Source of the DNA: an uncultured bacterium
GTDB taxonomy: Bacteria; Chloroflexota; UBA5177; JANWHV01
Assembly: GCA_963729625.1 (NCBI GenBank)
Contig: CAVSOU010000017.1
Coordinates: 1 to 64,000, forward strand
DNA: 64,000 nucleotides
Reading direction: 5' to 3'
Shown here: piece after piece, positions 41,304-51,133 of the stretch
Layout: each line of letters begins with the position of its first letter
Position numbering within the stretch: position 1 is the first letter of the stretch
The notes under the pieces: model-generated
Seen by the model: the letters and a program-made list of their open reading frames with translations, nothing else
Told to the model about the DNA's origin: nothing
Database searches by the model: none
Translations under genes and position numbers: made by a program

Positions 41304-41424
41304 CATAGACAGGCAGGATCGCACGCACGCACCTCTGGTTCCTGGCTTCCAACCACATGCATCGAGGCCTGAACGGAGGAGTTCGCTTTTAGATCAATGC
41401 TGGACTAAGGAGGCTTTCGAAGAA

Positions 41425-42540
41425 ATGCTACCTTCCTTCGGAAACACTCAGAGCCGACGGCGGCGTGTATCTAGCGGAGTGGGCTTGGCACTTGTGCTCG
41501 CCATCATGCTCAGCGCGTCGTCGCCTTTCGCTCCTAGATCTTCGGTCAAGGCTGCGTCGCCGAACAAGACGAGCTTCACGATTATTGCACTTGCGAAATC
41601 ACTGGACAATCCTGCCTTCGCCGTCGCCAAGACGGGAGCGCAGGTCCGCATCAGCCAGGTGAAGAAGGACGGCATCTCGGTCAACCTGCAGTGGGAGGCG
41701 CCGTCCGATGGCTCCGAGGCTACCATGGCGTCCATGATCGATTCGGCGATCGCTGCACATCCTGACGGCCTGTTGATTGATAGCCTCGGACCCGCGGTAT
41801 GCACGGCCGTCGACGAAGCGATCAAGGCAGGTGTCCCGGTCATCATGTGGGACTCCGACTGCCCGACAAGCAAGCGCATGTCGTACGTCGGGTCGGATAA
41901 CTATCAGGGTGGGCAGGTAGCCGCGAAACTATTCGTGGAAGATTGGAACAAGACGCACAAGGGCGTCGTTCCGCAACTGGCGATTCTGATCACCACGCCG
42001 GGCGCCTTCAACATCGGCCAACGGGCTGATGGGTTCACTGCTGAGCTCAAGGCACTCAAGTTCAACTACAAGCTCGTGGTGGAGCCGCAGGGCGATGATG
42101 ACATCGCGAAGTCCGTTGACGCGGTGGAGACCACGCTTCAAGGGAACGCGAATATCAATGCGTTCTACTTCGCTCAGCCGCTGGCACTGTTGTCGGCCGG
42201 CAACCAGCTCCCGAACCTCACCAAGCGGGTGCAGAGCGGGCAGATGGTTGTCGTGTCTTTCGACACGCTTCAACCCCAGTTGAAGTGGGTGGAAAACGGC
42301 ACCGTGTATGGGGAGGTCGGACAGAGGTACTACGACTGGGGCTACGAAGGCATGACCGTGATGCTGAACGTGGCGAAGTACGGAGCCACGTATCCGGCCT
42401 TTGTCAATACCGGCATCGATATCGTGACGAAGGCCGGGGGCCCTGGGCGCAATACGGCAGCTTCCTTCGATGTGAAGTGGAAGCACTTCTCCTTCTCGGA
42501 TCTGCCAATCAAGCCCAGCAAGGGTAAGTACCTTCCATAG
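41425..42540 (+). CDS. sugar ABC substrate-binding protein
   Basis: signal peptide, 'LDNPAF', 'YVGSDNYQGG', 'VVSFD', 'GQ'. Confidence 0.88.
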   Translation: MLPSFGNTQSRRRRVSSGVGLALVLAIMLSASSPFAPRSSVKAASPNKTSFTIIALAKSLDNPAFAVAKTGAQVRISQVKKDGISVNLQWEAPSDGSEATMASMIDSAIAAHPDGLLIDSLGPAVCTAVDEAIKAGVPVIMWDSDCPTSKRMSYVGSDNYQGGQVAAKLFVEDWNKTHKGVVPQLAILITTPGAFNIGQRADGFTAELKALKFNYKLVVEPQGDDDIAKSVDAVETTLQGNANINAFYFAQPLALLSAGNQLPNLTKRVQSGQMVVVSFDTLQPQLKWVENGTVYGEVGQRYYDWGYEGMTVMLNVAKYGATYPAFVNTGIDIVTKAGGPGRNTAASFDVKWKHFSFSDLPIKPSKGKYLP

Positions 42541-42589
42541 GCACTAGCAAACTGGTGTAGCCCGCGCAAGGCAATCGCGTCGACCACTG

Positions 42590-42631
42590 GCACGGTGCCG
42601 GAAGAGCGTTGATACTCTTCTGGCACTGTGC
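42590..42631. terminator. 17-bp stem-loop between convergent genes
   Basis: GCACGGTGCCGGAAGAG-loop-CTCTTCTGGCACTGTGC. Confidence 0.55.
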
Positions 42632-42663
42632 TGGTGATTCGGCCGGGAACGGTAATCCTCCCG

Positions 42664-43116
42664 CTAGTCCGTCACGAGACCAATGAAGACTTGGGAGACA
42701 CGGCCATTGCCGGAGAAGTCGAATTGTGTAAGGACTCCGCCGGGACGTCTGCTGCCAACGTAGCAGGGGCGACCGGGATCACGATCGCAGCGGATGCGCG
42801 GGACGCGGGCAGCGACGGCGGCACGTGTCGAGCCGACCCCGATATCGTCGACGGTCCGCTCGAACGAGGACGTCGTCGAGACACTGGTAACGGCGTCTTC
42901 TCCATGGAAGATCACAAGCTCGTGAGGGTAGATATACTCAAGCTGGGGCGCATAGTAAGGGTCTGCGTGGACAGTTCGGTTGGGTGTGCCCAGAATCCTT
43001 CGCACCTGGTTTGGGCTCATGCCAAGGTCCACGCCGCCGATGCCTTTCCCGACAACGATAGTTCCCTTTGTCACAGATAGCGGCGATAGCCAGGTTAGCA
43101 TGACGATGCCGGCCAT
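42664..43116 (-). CDS. hypothetical secreted protein
   Basis: hydrophobic N-terminus; 'GKGIGGVDLGMS...VRRILG.P' and 'IGVGST' repeat-like motif. Confidence 0.6.
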   Translation of the reverse strand: MAGIVMLTWLSPLSVTKGTIVVGKGIGGVDLGMSPNQVRRILGTPNRTVHADPYYAPQLEYIYPHELVIFHGEDAVTSVSTTSSFERTVDDIGVGSTRAAVAARVPRIRCDRDPGRPCYVGSRRPGGVLTQFDFSGNGRVSQVFIGLVTD

Positions 43117-43324
43117 CAGGGGCCCTGCCTGGCGCACCCAGACGAGGATTTGACGGGGGTGACAGCCTGCCAGTCTCATGCACGTGACTCCTTCCCATCC
43201 GATTATCTCCGGCGATGTCGATTCTGGCTACGACATCTACCACGTGCAGGCGGGCCCAATGGCCAAAGGGTCAGAGACGGATGGTGCCGCTCATACCGCG
43301 GCCCAAACCGAAAGGAGCAGTACG

Positions 43325-44092
43325 ATGGGCGTCTTGCAGGCCTTCGATCTCACTGGCAAGGTTGCACTGGTGACCGGTGGGAATACGGGGCTGGGCGAGG
43401 CATTCGCGCATGCCCTATCCGAAGCAGGTGCGAGCGTGGCGATTGCCGCGAGGACCCGTGCCAAGAGCGAAGCGGTGGTCCGGGATATCGAGGCCGCCGG
43501 AGGGCAGGCCGCGGCATTTGACGTGGATGTGACCAAGCCCGAGCAGGTCAGCCGGCTGGTGGCAGCAGCGACCGATCGGCTCGGACCCATCGACATCCTG
43601 GTCAACAATGCGGGGGCCTGCTACCACCGACCCGCACTCGACGTCCCGCAGGATGAGTGGCATAGCGTGATGGACGTCAACGTGAATGGCGTGTGGTATT
43701 GCGCACAGGCTGTTGGGCGCCAGATGGTGGAGCGGAGGACGGGCACGATTGTCAATATCGGGTCCATAGCAGCTTCCATCGTCGTTCGGCCGCAGATGCA
43801 GCCGGCCTACAACGCCTCAAAGGCCGCCGTCCACCAACTGACACGGTCGCTCGCCGCCGAATGGGCGCCTTTCAACGTGCGGGTGAACGCCATTGCCCCA
43901 GGGTACTTCAAGACAGCGATGGCCCCGGTCGACGACCCGAAGTATCGGCGGCATTGGATCGAAGACACGCCCATGCTGCGCTACGGCTACCCGGACGAGC
44001 TCGGGCCGACACTTATCTACCTGGCCTCGGATGCGTCGAGGTTTGTTACCGGGACGGTACTGGTCATCGACGGCGGCTATTCGCTCTGGTGA
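43325..44092 (+). CDS. short-chain dehydrogenase (polyol dehydrogenase type)
   Basis: 'TGGNTGLG', 'NNAG', 'RPQMQPAYNASK'. Confidence 0.92.
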   Translation: MGVLQAFDLTGKVALVTGGNTGLGEAFAHALSEAGASVAIAARTRAKSEAVVRDIEAAGGQAAAFDVDVTKPEQVSRLVAAATDRLGPIDILVNNAGACYHRPALDVPQDEWHSVMDVNVNGVWYCAQAVGRQMVERRTGTIVNIGSIAASIVVRPQMQPAYNASKAAVHQLTRSLAAEWAPFNVRVNAIAPGYFKTAMAPVDDPKYRRHWIEDTPMLRYGYPDELGPTLIYLASDASRFVTGTVLVIDGGYSLW

Positions 44093-44207
44093 CTAAATCT
44101 GTAGGTGATTGCGTCCCTCTTGCCCAAGCTTTTGGCCCAGCATCAGTCGTACAATGCGGTTCGGTTGCAGCAGAGTTTCGCCAGCAGAATGTCGGGGTAG
44201 TTGGTAT

Positions 44208-45380
44208 ATGGCTATAACGGACATTCGAAGACTCAACGTTGGGTTGGTCGGTGGTGGATTCATGGGCAAGGTGCACTCGCTCGCCTATGCCAGCATGCCG
44301 TTCTATTTCTGGCCGCCGCCGGCATTTCCGCAGCGCAAGGTGATCGCGGAAGTCACTGACGACCTCGCCAAGACGGCGGCGGCTCGTTTCGGTTACGAGT
44401 CGTGGACGAGCGACTGGCGCCAGTTGATCGCCGACCCGGACATTGACATTATTGACATCTCGTCGCCGAACAATACGCACTGCGAGATCGCCATAGCTGC
44501 CGCTGAGGCGGGAAAGCATATCATCTGTGAGAAACCGCTTGCGCGCACCGCGGAGGAGGCCGGCGAGATGGCGAAGGCGGTCGCCCGCGCCGGAGTCGTG
44601 AACATGGTGGCCTTCAACTATCGCCGCGTGCCGGCAATCGCGCTCGCCAAGCAGTACATTGACGAGGGCGCTATCGGACGCATACTGAGCTGTCGCGCCA
44701 CCTATTTCCAAGACTGGTCGGCCGATCCGCAGTCGCCATTCACATGGCGCTTCAAGAAGGCGATTGCCGGCTCGGGAGCGCTCGGCGACATCGCGGCGCA
44801 CTCGCTCGATCTAGCGCGTTACCTGGTCGGTGAGATCTCGTCCGTGACAGGCACCTTACAGACCCACGTCAAGGAACGACCCCTCGGGATAGCCGGCCTC
44901 GACGGTGACGCGCCTCGCACTGAGGTGGTAGATGTCGACGACGAGGTGCATATCCTGGCGCGGTTCGCAAACGGCGCCGTCGGGACGTTCGGGGCGACGC
45001 GCAACGCCCATGGACGCCGGAACTATGACACACTCGAAATCCATGGCGAGCTTGGATCCATCTATTTTGATTACGAAAGGCTCGGTGAGTTGCAGGTCTG
45101 CCTCGCCGCGGACGGCGAGGAGAAGAAGGCCTTTCGCAGAATCATGACCGGACCACCCCACCCGTATGGGGAGGCGCTGTGGCCTGTTGCGGGAGTCGGC
45201 TTCGGCTACGCCGAGACCAAGGTCATCGAGTGCTACGAATTCTGTCGAGCGATCGCGGAGGGCATTCCCGCGTCGCCCGATTTCAGCGACGGCTATCAGA
45301 TCGCGCGCATCTGCGAGGCGGTGCAACAGTCGGCGGCTAGCGGCGCGTGGGTGGAAATCCCGCCGCGCGCCGTCGTCTAG
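44208..45380 (+). CDS. lgdA: levoglucosan dehydrogenase-like Gfo/Idh/MocA oxidoreductase
   Basis: 'GGGFMGKVHSLAYASMPFYFWPPPA', 'QDWSADP.SP..WRF', 'ATRNAHGR', 'HPYGEALWP' follow the recalled Pseudarthrobacter LGDH sequence along its length. Confidence 0.75.
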   Translation: MAITDIRRLNVGLVGGGFMGKVHSLAYASMPFYFWPPPAFPQRKVIAEVTDDLAKTAAARFGYESWTSDWRQLIADPDIDIIDISSPNNTHCEIAIAAAEAGKHIICEKPLARTAEEAGEMAKAVARAGVVNMVAFNYRRVPAIALAKQYIDEGAIGRILSCRATYFQDWSADPQSPFTWRFKKAIAGSGALGDIAAHSLDLARYLVGEISSVTGTLQTHVKERPLGIAGLDGDAPRTEVVDVDDEVHILARFANGAVGTFGATRNAHGRRNYDTLEIHGELGSIYFDYERLGELQVCLAADGEEKKAFRRIMTGPPHPYGEALWPVAGVGFGYAETKVIECYEFCRAIAEGIPASPDFSDGYQIARICEAVQQSAASGAWVEIPPRAVV

Positions 45381-45535
45381 AGCCTGGGATCCGAAAGCGG
45401 ATTGAGCCGACCCGAAGCGGCGGAGCGGAATGGCCTTGTTGCCGCTCCTCTGCACTGTGCGCGGCCTAGCAGCGAGCCCGACCCGAGCGCGGTCAGGAAG
45501 GTATTGCGGCGACTGGTCGGAGGAGGGATGGCGGC

Positions 45536-46441
45536 ATGAACGAATCCGAACTGCTTCTAGACGCGGCTGGTACGCTCAGCGTCCGGTCAAAGGTCAAGAC
45601 CAACGGTATCGAGCTCGCCTACACAGAGCACGGTGTGGGGAAGCCGCTCGTCTTGATCATGGGCCTGGGCGCCGACGGCTCTGCATGGGCGCCGCACGTC
45701 GAGGCATATGCCACGCGCTATCGCTGCATCGCGGTTGACAACCGCGGAGTCGGGGCATCGAGCAAACCTCCGGGCCCCTCCACCACTGCGGAAATGGCGG
45801 ACGATTACGCTGGACTGATTGGCGCGCTCGACCTCGGGCGCGTGCGGGTCGTCGGGATCTCGATGGGTGGCGCGATCGCCCAGGAGATCGCCCTTCGCCA
45901 CCCGGATCTCGTTGAGCGACTCGTCCTCGTGGCAACGTGGGCACGGCTTGACGCCTACGCGAAAGACGTGATTGCCCATTTCGCGCGCGTCAGAGCCCTC
46001 GCGCCGGCGGAATTCTCGCGGCTGCTTCAGCTGTGGCTCTGGCCGCCGGAATACATGGACGCGCACTTCGCGGATCTTGTGGAGGCCCGCCAGCTGCAGC
46101 AGCTCTGGCTCTGGCCACCCGGTTATGTTAACCAGAACAGGGCGGCGGTGAGGGAAGCTCAGGCGCTCGCCACGGTGGATGTTTCCCAACCGCAGTATGC
46201 CTTCGAGGCCCAGTGCCACGCCTGTATCTCACACGACAGTCTCGACCGTCTCGGGGCAATCCGGGTGCCGACCTTGGTCACCTCTGGTGACAAAGACATC
46301 CTTATCCGACCTGGGCTCTCCAAAGAGCTTCATGCTCATATTCCCGACGCGGAGCTGAAGGTCTTCTCCGGTTCGGGACATGTGCATCATTGGCAGGCGC
46401 TCGATGAATTCAACTCACTAACGATGGAGTGGTTGGCTTGA
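45536..46441 (+). CDS. alpha/beta hydrolase
   Basis: 'GISMGG' nucleophile elbow, 'DNRGVG', C-terminal 'GSGH'. Confidence 0.88.
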   Translation: MNESELLLDAAGTLSVRSKVKTNGIELAYTEHGVGKPLVLIMGLGADGSAWAPHVEAYATRYRCIAVDNRGVGASSKPPGPSTTAEMADDYAGLIGALDLGRVRVVGISMGGAIAQEIALRHPDLVERLVLVATWARLDAYAKDVIAHFARVRALAPAEFSRLLQLWLWPPEYMDAHFADLVEARQLQQLWLWPPGYVNQNRAAVREAQALATVDVSQPQYAFEAQCHACISHDSLDRLGAIRVPTLVTSGDKDILIRPGLSKELHAHIPDAELKVFSGSGHVHHWQALDEFNSLTMEWLA

Positions 46442-46443
46442 CT

Positions 46444-47280
46444 ATGTCAACGAGTACAAGCATTGCGATTGGCTGCGGCTCCTACACGTGGCATATGAGT
46501 GGCCAGAAGTATATCGGCCGCTTGGACCACCTGGTCGCCGTAGCGGCAGAGGCCGGATTCGCAGGTCTCGAACCCGAGCTGGTCATGCTGGGCGCGGAAT
46601 ACCGCGATCCGCCGCGCCTGGCGGCGGTGCTCGCCGAGCGAGACATGCGACTCGGTGCGATTGCTTTCACAGGCGATTGGCTACACGCGGAGGAAACGCC
46701 CGATGAGCGGGCCGATGCGGATGCATGTCTTCGCCTGCTGAAGCATGTCGGTGAAGGCAAGCTCTTGATGGTGCCGCTACCACTGAGCGGCGACGACGGA
46801 CTGCCGCTCCAGGTTCGACAGGGCCGCGCGCTGAGCTGCATGAACGCGGTCGCTCGCCGCGCTCGCGAGGCGGGAGTGCATGCGACGGTTCATCCCAACT
46901 CCTCTCCGGACTCCGCGTTCCGCACGGCCAAGGACTATGAGGTGCTGTTCGCCGGCCTCGATCCCGACATAGGTTTTACGCCGGACGTCGGGCACATCGC
47001 CCGGGGCGGCATGGATCCGCTCGAGACGATCAAGCGGTATCGGGAGCGGCTCGACCACGTCCACTTCAAGGACATGCACGCGGACGGAACCTGGGCGCCG
47101 ATCGGCGACGGCCGCCTGGACTTCCCCGGGATGGTCTCGTATCTTCACGCGATCGGGTTTGGCGGCTGGATCATATTCGAGGACGAGTCCTCGCTTGCCG
47201 AGTCCGATCCCGACGGCACTACTCGCCGAAACGGAGAGTACGCGCGGACCAGCCTGTTGCCGATCCTTGGGCAAGCTTAA
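46444..47280 (+). CDS. sugar phosphate isomerase/epimerase (IolE/AP-endonuclease-2 fold)
   Basis: 'HPNS', 'PDVGH', 'HVHFKD', 'WIIFEDE'. Confidence 0.85.
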   Translation: MSTSTSIAIGCGSYTWHMSGQKYIGRLDHLVAVAAEAGFAGLEPELVMLGAEYRDPPRLAAVLAERDMRLGAIAFTGDWLHAEETPDERADADACLRLLKHVGEGKLLMVPLPLSGDDGLPLQVRQGRALSCMNAVARRAREAGVHATVHPNSSPDSAFRTAKDYEVLFAGLDPDIGFTPDVGHIARGGMDPLETIKRYRERLDHVHFKDMHADGTWAPIGDGRLDFPGMVSYLHAIGFGGWIIFEDESSLAESDPDGTTRRNGEYARTSLLPILGQA

Positions 47281-47299
47281 AACCTACAGGAGGTCCGCA

Positions 47300-48295
47300 A
47301 TGCCCATGACCAAGTGGGGCATCATCTCCACGGCGAAGATCAACGAGAAGTTGCTTGCTGGGGCCGCGCTGAGCGAGGAGGTAGAGATCGTCGCGGTTGC
47401 GAGCCGCTCGCGGGCCCGCGCGGAGGCCTTCGCGACGCAGTATGGAATAGCACGTGGGCACGGAAGCTACGAGTCGCTGCTGGCCGATTCCGAGGTCGAA
47501 GCGGTCTACATCTCGCTTCCGAACGGCCTGCATTGTGAATGGGCAATTCGGGCGCTCAAGGCCGGCAAGCACGTGCTGTGCGAGAAGCCCTTGGGCCGCC
47601 GCGTGCGGGATGTGCAGTCCGTATTCGACGCCGCCGCGGCGAACAATCGCCTCTGCATGGAGGCGTTCATGTGGCGGCACAACCCCCAGACCAAGAAGCT
47701 GAAGGAACTGGTCGACCAGGGTGCAATCGGCGTATTGCGGGTCGTCTACTCCTCGCTCAGCTTCACGCTCGACAACCCTGCCGACCCGCGATGGCTACCG
47801 GAGCTCGACGGTGGAGCGTTGATGGACCTTGGATGCTACTGTATCTCGGCTTCCCGGCTTCTCGCCGGTGAGCCGGTGCGCGTCACGGGCCAAGCGCTGA
47901 CCGTGCCCTCGGGCGTCGACATCCGGTTCACGGGAACCTTGTCGTTTCCCAGTGGCGTGCTCGCGCACTTCCACTGCGGATTCGACCTTCCGGACCTGAG
48001 CGACATACAGGTGTTCGGGTCGGAGGGCGTGCTGCAGGTGCAGGATCCGATTCGGGCCCTCAGGCCGGAGCTGCGCTTGGAGCGCCTCGACCAGGCTGAG
48101 CGAATCGCCATCGAGCCAGAGAACTCGTACCGGCTTCAGCTCGAGAATCTCGGCCGCGCTATACGCGGCGAAGCGCATGCCCTGCTCGGTCGGGAGGATG
48201 CGCTCAGCCAAGCTCGAGTGATCGAGGCGCTCTACCGGTCGGCTGAGACGGGGCTGGCAGTCGAGCTTCCTGCAATTGAGGCGCCGTCGAGCTAG
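47300..48295 (+). CDS. Gfo/Idh/MocA oxidoreductase
   Basis: 'WGIISTAKI', 'KHVLCEKP', 'GGALMDLGCY'. Confidence 0.9.
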   Translation: MPMTKWGIISTAKINEKLLAGAALSEEVEIVAVASRSRARAEAFATQYGIARGHGSYESLLADSEVEAVYISLPNGLHCEWAIRALKAGKHVLCEKPLGRRVRDVQSVFDAAAANNRLCMEAFMWRHNPQTKKLKELVDQGAIGVLRVVYSSLSFTLDNPADPRWLPELDGGALMDLGCYCISASRLLAGEPVRVTGQALTVPSGVDIRFTGTLSFPSGVLAHFHCGFDLPDLSDIQVFGSEGVLQVQDPIRALRPELRLERLDQAERIAIEPENSYRLQLENLGRAIRGEAHALLGREDALSQARVIEALYRSAETGLAVELPAIEAPSS

Positions 48296-48357
48296 CCTTC
48301 GCGTGCGGATTCGAGGGGCACGAATTGGTTGTTGCCTGAGAAGGAGGTGGCCTGTCA

Positions 48358-49368
48358 ATGAACGAGATGCGGGGCACCATGAAGAAGTTGATCAACGACC
48401 CAGCAAATGTTGTCGATGAAATGTTGGAAGCATTTGTCGCGGCGCACCCAAAGATCGTCTCGCTGGCGTCACCGCGAGTCGTCGCCAGGTCGCATCCGGC
48501 TGGCGACAAGGTCGGCATGACCATCGGCGGCGGGTCCGGCCACGAGCCCGCGATGGTCGGGTATGTTGGACTTGGCTTCGCCGACACGGCAGCCGCGGGC
48601 AACATCTTTGCCGCACCCTCTTCAGACATCGTCCTTGAATCGATCCGGCTGGCGAACCATGGACGAGGTGTTGTCCTGGTGTACGGCAACTACTCCGGGG
48701 ATATCTTGAATTGCAGGCTCGCGATTCAACGAGCAAAGGCAGAGGGAATCGACGTGCGTTCCGTCTTCATCTCCGACGACATCGCGTCGGCGAAGAAGGA
48801 GGAGAGTGACAAGCGCCGGGGCGTCGCCGGCGACATTCCGATCTTCAAGGTGACGGGTGCGGCAGCCGAGGCAGGAATGCCCTTGGAAGACGTGGAACGA
48901 GTGGCTAGGAAGGCGAACGCGGCCACGCGCAGCATGGGAGTCGCGCTGAGTGGGGCAGAACTACCTGGCGCCTCGCGGCCAACCTTCGTATGCGGGCACG
49001 ACGAAATGGAGGTCGGCCTCGGCGTCCACGGCGAGCCTGGGGTTGGCCGACAAGCTCTTCTGTCGGCCGATGAAGTTGGTCGTCTTCTCGCGGGGCGCAT
49101 ACTCGAAGATCTTGAACCACCGAGCGACTCTCAGCTTGCCGTGCTGATCAATGGCCTTGGCGCAACTCCCTTGCTTGAGCAGTACCTGGTCTACAGGTCG
49201 GTTCGCAACTTCCTGATCGCGCGGAAGATGAACGTCGCGCGGTCGTACGTGGGGGAATACATTACATCGCTTCAGATGGCGGGTCTTCATGTCACAATTA
49301 TGTTGCTCGACGACGAATTACTCTCGCTGCTCGATGCACCCGCCAGAACCGTCGCATTCGTTCAGTGA
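48358..49368 (+). CDS. dhaK: dihydroxyacetone/ketose kinase subunit K
   Basis: 'GGGSGHEP', 'NYSGD', 'RRGVAG', 'GVHGEPG'. Confidence 0.9.
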   Translation: MNEMRGTMKKLINDPANVVDEMLEAFVAAHPKIVSLASPRVVARSHPAGDKVGMTIGGGSGHEPAMVGYVGLGFADTAAAGNIFAAPSSDIVLESIRLANHGRGVVLVYGNYSGDILNCRLAIQRAKAEGIDVRSVFISDDIASAKKEESDKRRGVAGDIPIFKVTGAAAEAGMPLEDVERVARKANAATRSMGVALSGAELPGASRPTFVCGHDEMEVGLGVHGEPGVGRQALLSADEVGRLLAGRILEDLEPPSDSQLAVLINGLGATPLLEQYLVYRSVRNFLIARKMNVARSYVGEYITSLQMAGLHVTIMLLDDELLSLLDAPARTVAFVQ

Positions 49369-49654
49369 TGCCAGGCAGGCTTCGAGGAGGTGCTTTGTCG
49401 CCGTCGCGAGATAAAGGGCGTGGCAGGCTGCGCAGGCCATATAGGGCTGTGCTGCGAGCGTGCGCTACTGCTTCGGGCCTATTCCAAGGTCGATGCCGCC
49501 GGTGACACGTACAAGGAGGGACAGGACTGGTGCAGTTTGAAACCAGGCACGCGGCTGTAGCCTCGTTCGGGGCGGCAGCACGACTACCAGCGACCAGCCC
49601 CGCAACGTTGCTACTGCGAGTCGTGGCGCTCGCGCGATCTCATGGGCTCGCACA

Positions 49655-50335
49655 ATGACCGTATCCGGCACCGATGGGCTTTCCGTGGCGGAGCGCGCAG
49701 TTGTAGCCGCGGCGCTCGCCCTTGAGGCAGCGTGCGACGAGCTCTGCTGGCTCGACTCGGTGGCCGGCGACGGCAATCATGGGCTGACGATGGCGACGGC
49801 GGCCAAGAGCATCCGGGCCGCTATCTCGGATCGTCCGCCTGCCGACCTCGCCGCCTTGCTTGCCACGAGCGCTGAGAAGCTCGCCGCGGTCGGGGGAGCA
49901 ATGGGGGCGCTCTCCTACGTCCTGGTCCAGGCGGTCGGCGAGGCGGTCGCAGGACGGGTTGGGCAGTTCTCGGCGCTGGAGATCGCCCGCCTGCTCGCGG
50001 TCGCCGAGGATTCTGTCAGTGCGTTCGGCGGGGCGCAGCGTGGCGACAAGACGATCGTCGACGCGATCGCAGGCGCGCGCGATGCGGCAGAGGAGACGTC
50101 ACGGCTCGGGAGATCGGTGACGGAGACGTTGCTCGCCGCGGCCGAAGGGGCACGGAAGGGCGCAGAGTCGACCGCCGAGCTGGTCGCACGGATCGGCAGG
50201 GCGAGCCGGCTCGGCGAGCGAAGCAAAGGAACGGTCGATGCCGGAGCGCGCTCGTTCGCGATCGCGCTTGGCGCGCTGGCCGACACCTACGCCGGCGAAG
50301 CGGAATCCGCGCGATCTCAGAGACAGGGCCAGTGA
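49655..50335 (+). CDS. dhaL: dihydroxyacetone kinase subunit L
   Basis: 'LD...GDGNHG', 'GDKTIVDA', 'GRASRLGERS.G.VDAGA'. Confidence 0.88.
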   Translation: MTVSGTDGLSVAERAVVAAALALEAACDELCWLDSVAGDGNHGLTMATAAKSIRAAISDRPPADLAALLATSAEKLAAVGGAMGALSYVLVQAVGEAVAGRVGQFSALEIARLLAVAEDSVSAFGGAQRGDKTIVDAIAGARDAAEETSRLGRSVTETLLAAAEGARKGAESTAELVARIGRASRLGERSKGTVDAGARSFAIALGALADTYAGEAESARSQRQGQ

Positions 50336-50622
50336 TGAAGGGGTTTACTCGCTGCACGTTCTACGGAGTGATCCGCACGTACGTCGTCGCGAAGCAGCTC
50401 CACTTCGACCTTGTCAGGTCCTTGGCCAGGATGTGGACATCGCCGTAGTAGGGAGCTACACCCACAAACGTGTCGATCGTCCCGCCCGGGCTGCGCAGGC
50501 AGGTGCGGCTGCGCACGGCGCAGAGTAACTTGACCGCCGACGCATCGACATACATGGAGCTCAGCCGCGTGTAGCCGGCATCGCGATCGTGTCGATGGTC
50601 GCGCCCCGATTTCTTCGCACCG

Positions 50623-50950
50623 CTACTGTCGAGGAACTCGCACGCTCAGACTGGTATGGAAGCGAAACCGATCCCAGCGGTAGCTGATGCGACAAAGCTC
50701 GATCGGCCGGCCATCCTGATCGAAAGTTGTCTCGCTGGCGTAGAGCAAAGGCTGTCCGGGCGCCAGTTCCAGCAGGGCGGCGACCTCGTCGTCGGCCGGC
50801 ACTGCCTCGAGCACGTAGTCGGCGCGGCTGGGAATATGCCCATGCTTCTGAACATAGACATATTCGGCACGGACAGGGGTCGTCCATTCTGAGCAAGCAG
50901 AGCTTGCCGACTTTGACACCCGACCGTCCAAGATGCGCGCACTCCACCAT
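50623..50950 (-). pseudogene. chimera: aldo/keto reductase N-terminal stub joined to a GntR UTRA C-terminal fragment
   Basis: 'HLGRSGVKVGKLCL' then, in another frame, 'A..LELAPGQPLL....TFDQDGRPIE....YRWDRFRF'. Confidence 0.6.
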
Positions 50951-51133
50951 CATCCCTCGTGGTAATGGGCATCATCACGGCCAGAACTCACCGCAGCATG
51001 CTACTTCAAAGGCAGCGCCCACGTCGGGCCATTGCGGGCGCCGTCGCCTGCTGTACAGTAAGGACGATAGAGTCCTTCCGGGAAGGTCGGTGAGCGACGT
51101 GGCGCAGTGGTGCGGGACCCGATCGGCGCCCAC

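Noticed and set aside
50361-50555. 64-aa minus-strand ORF
   Set aside because: No recognisable motif or RBS; cannot be supported.
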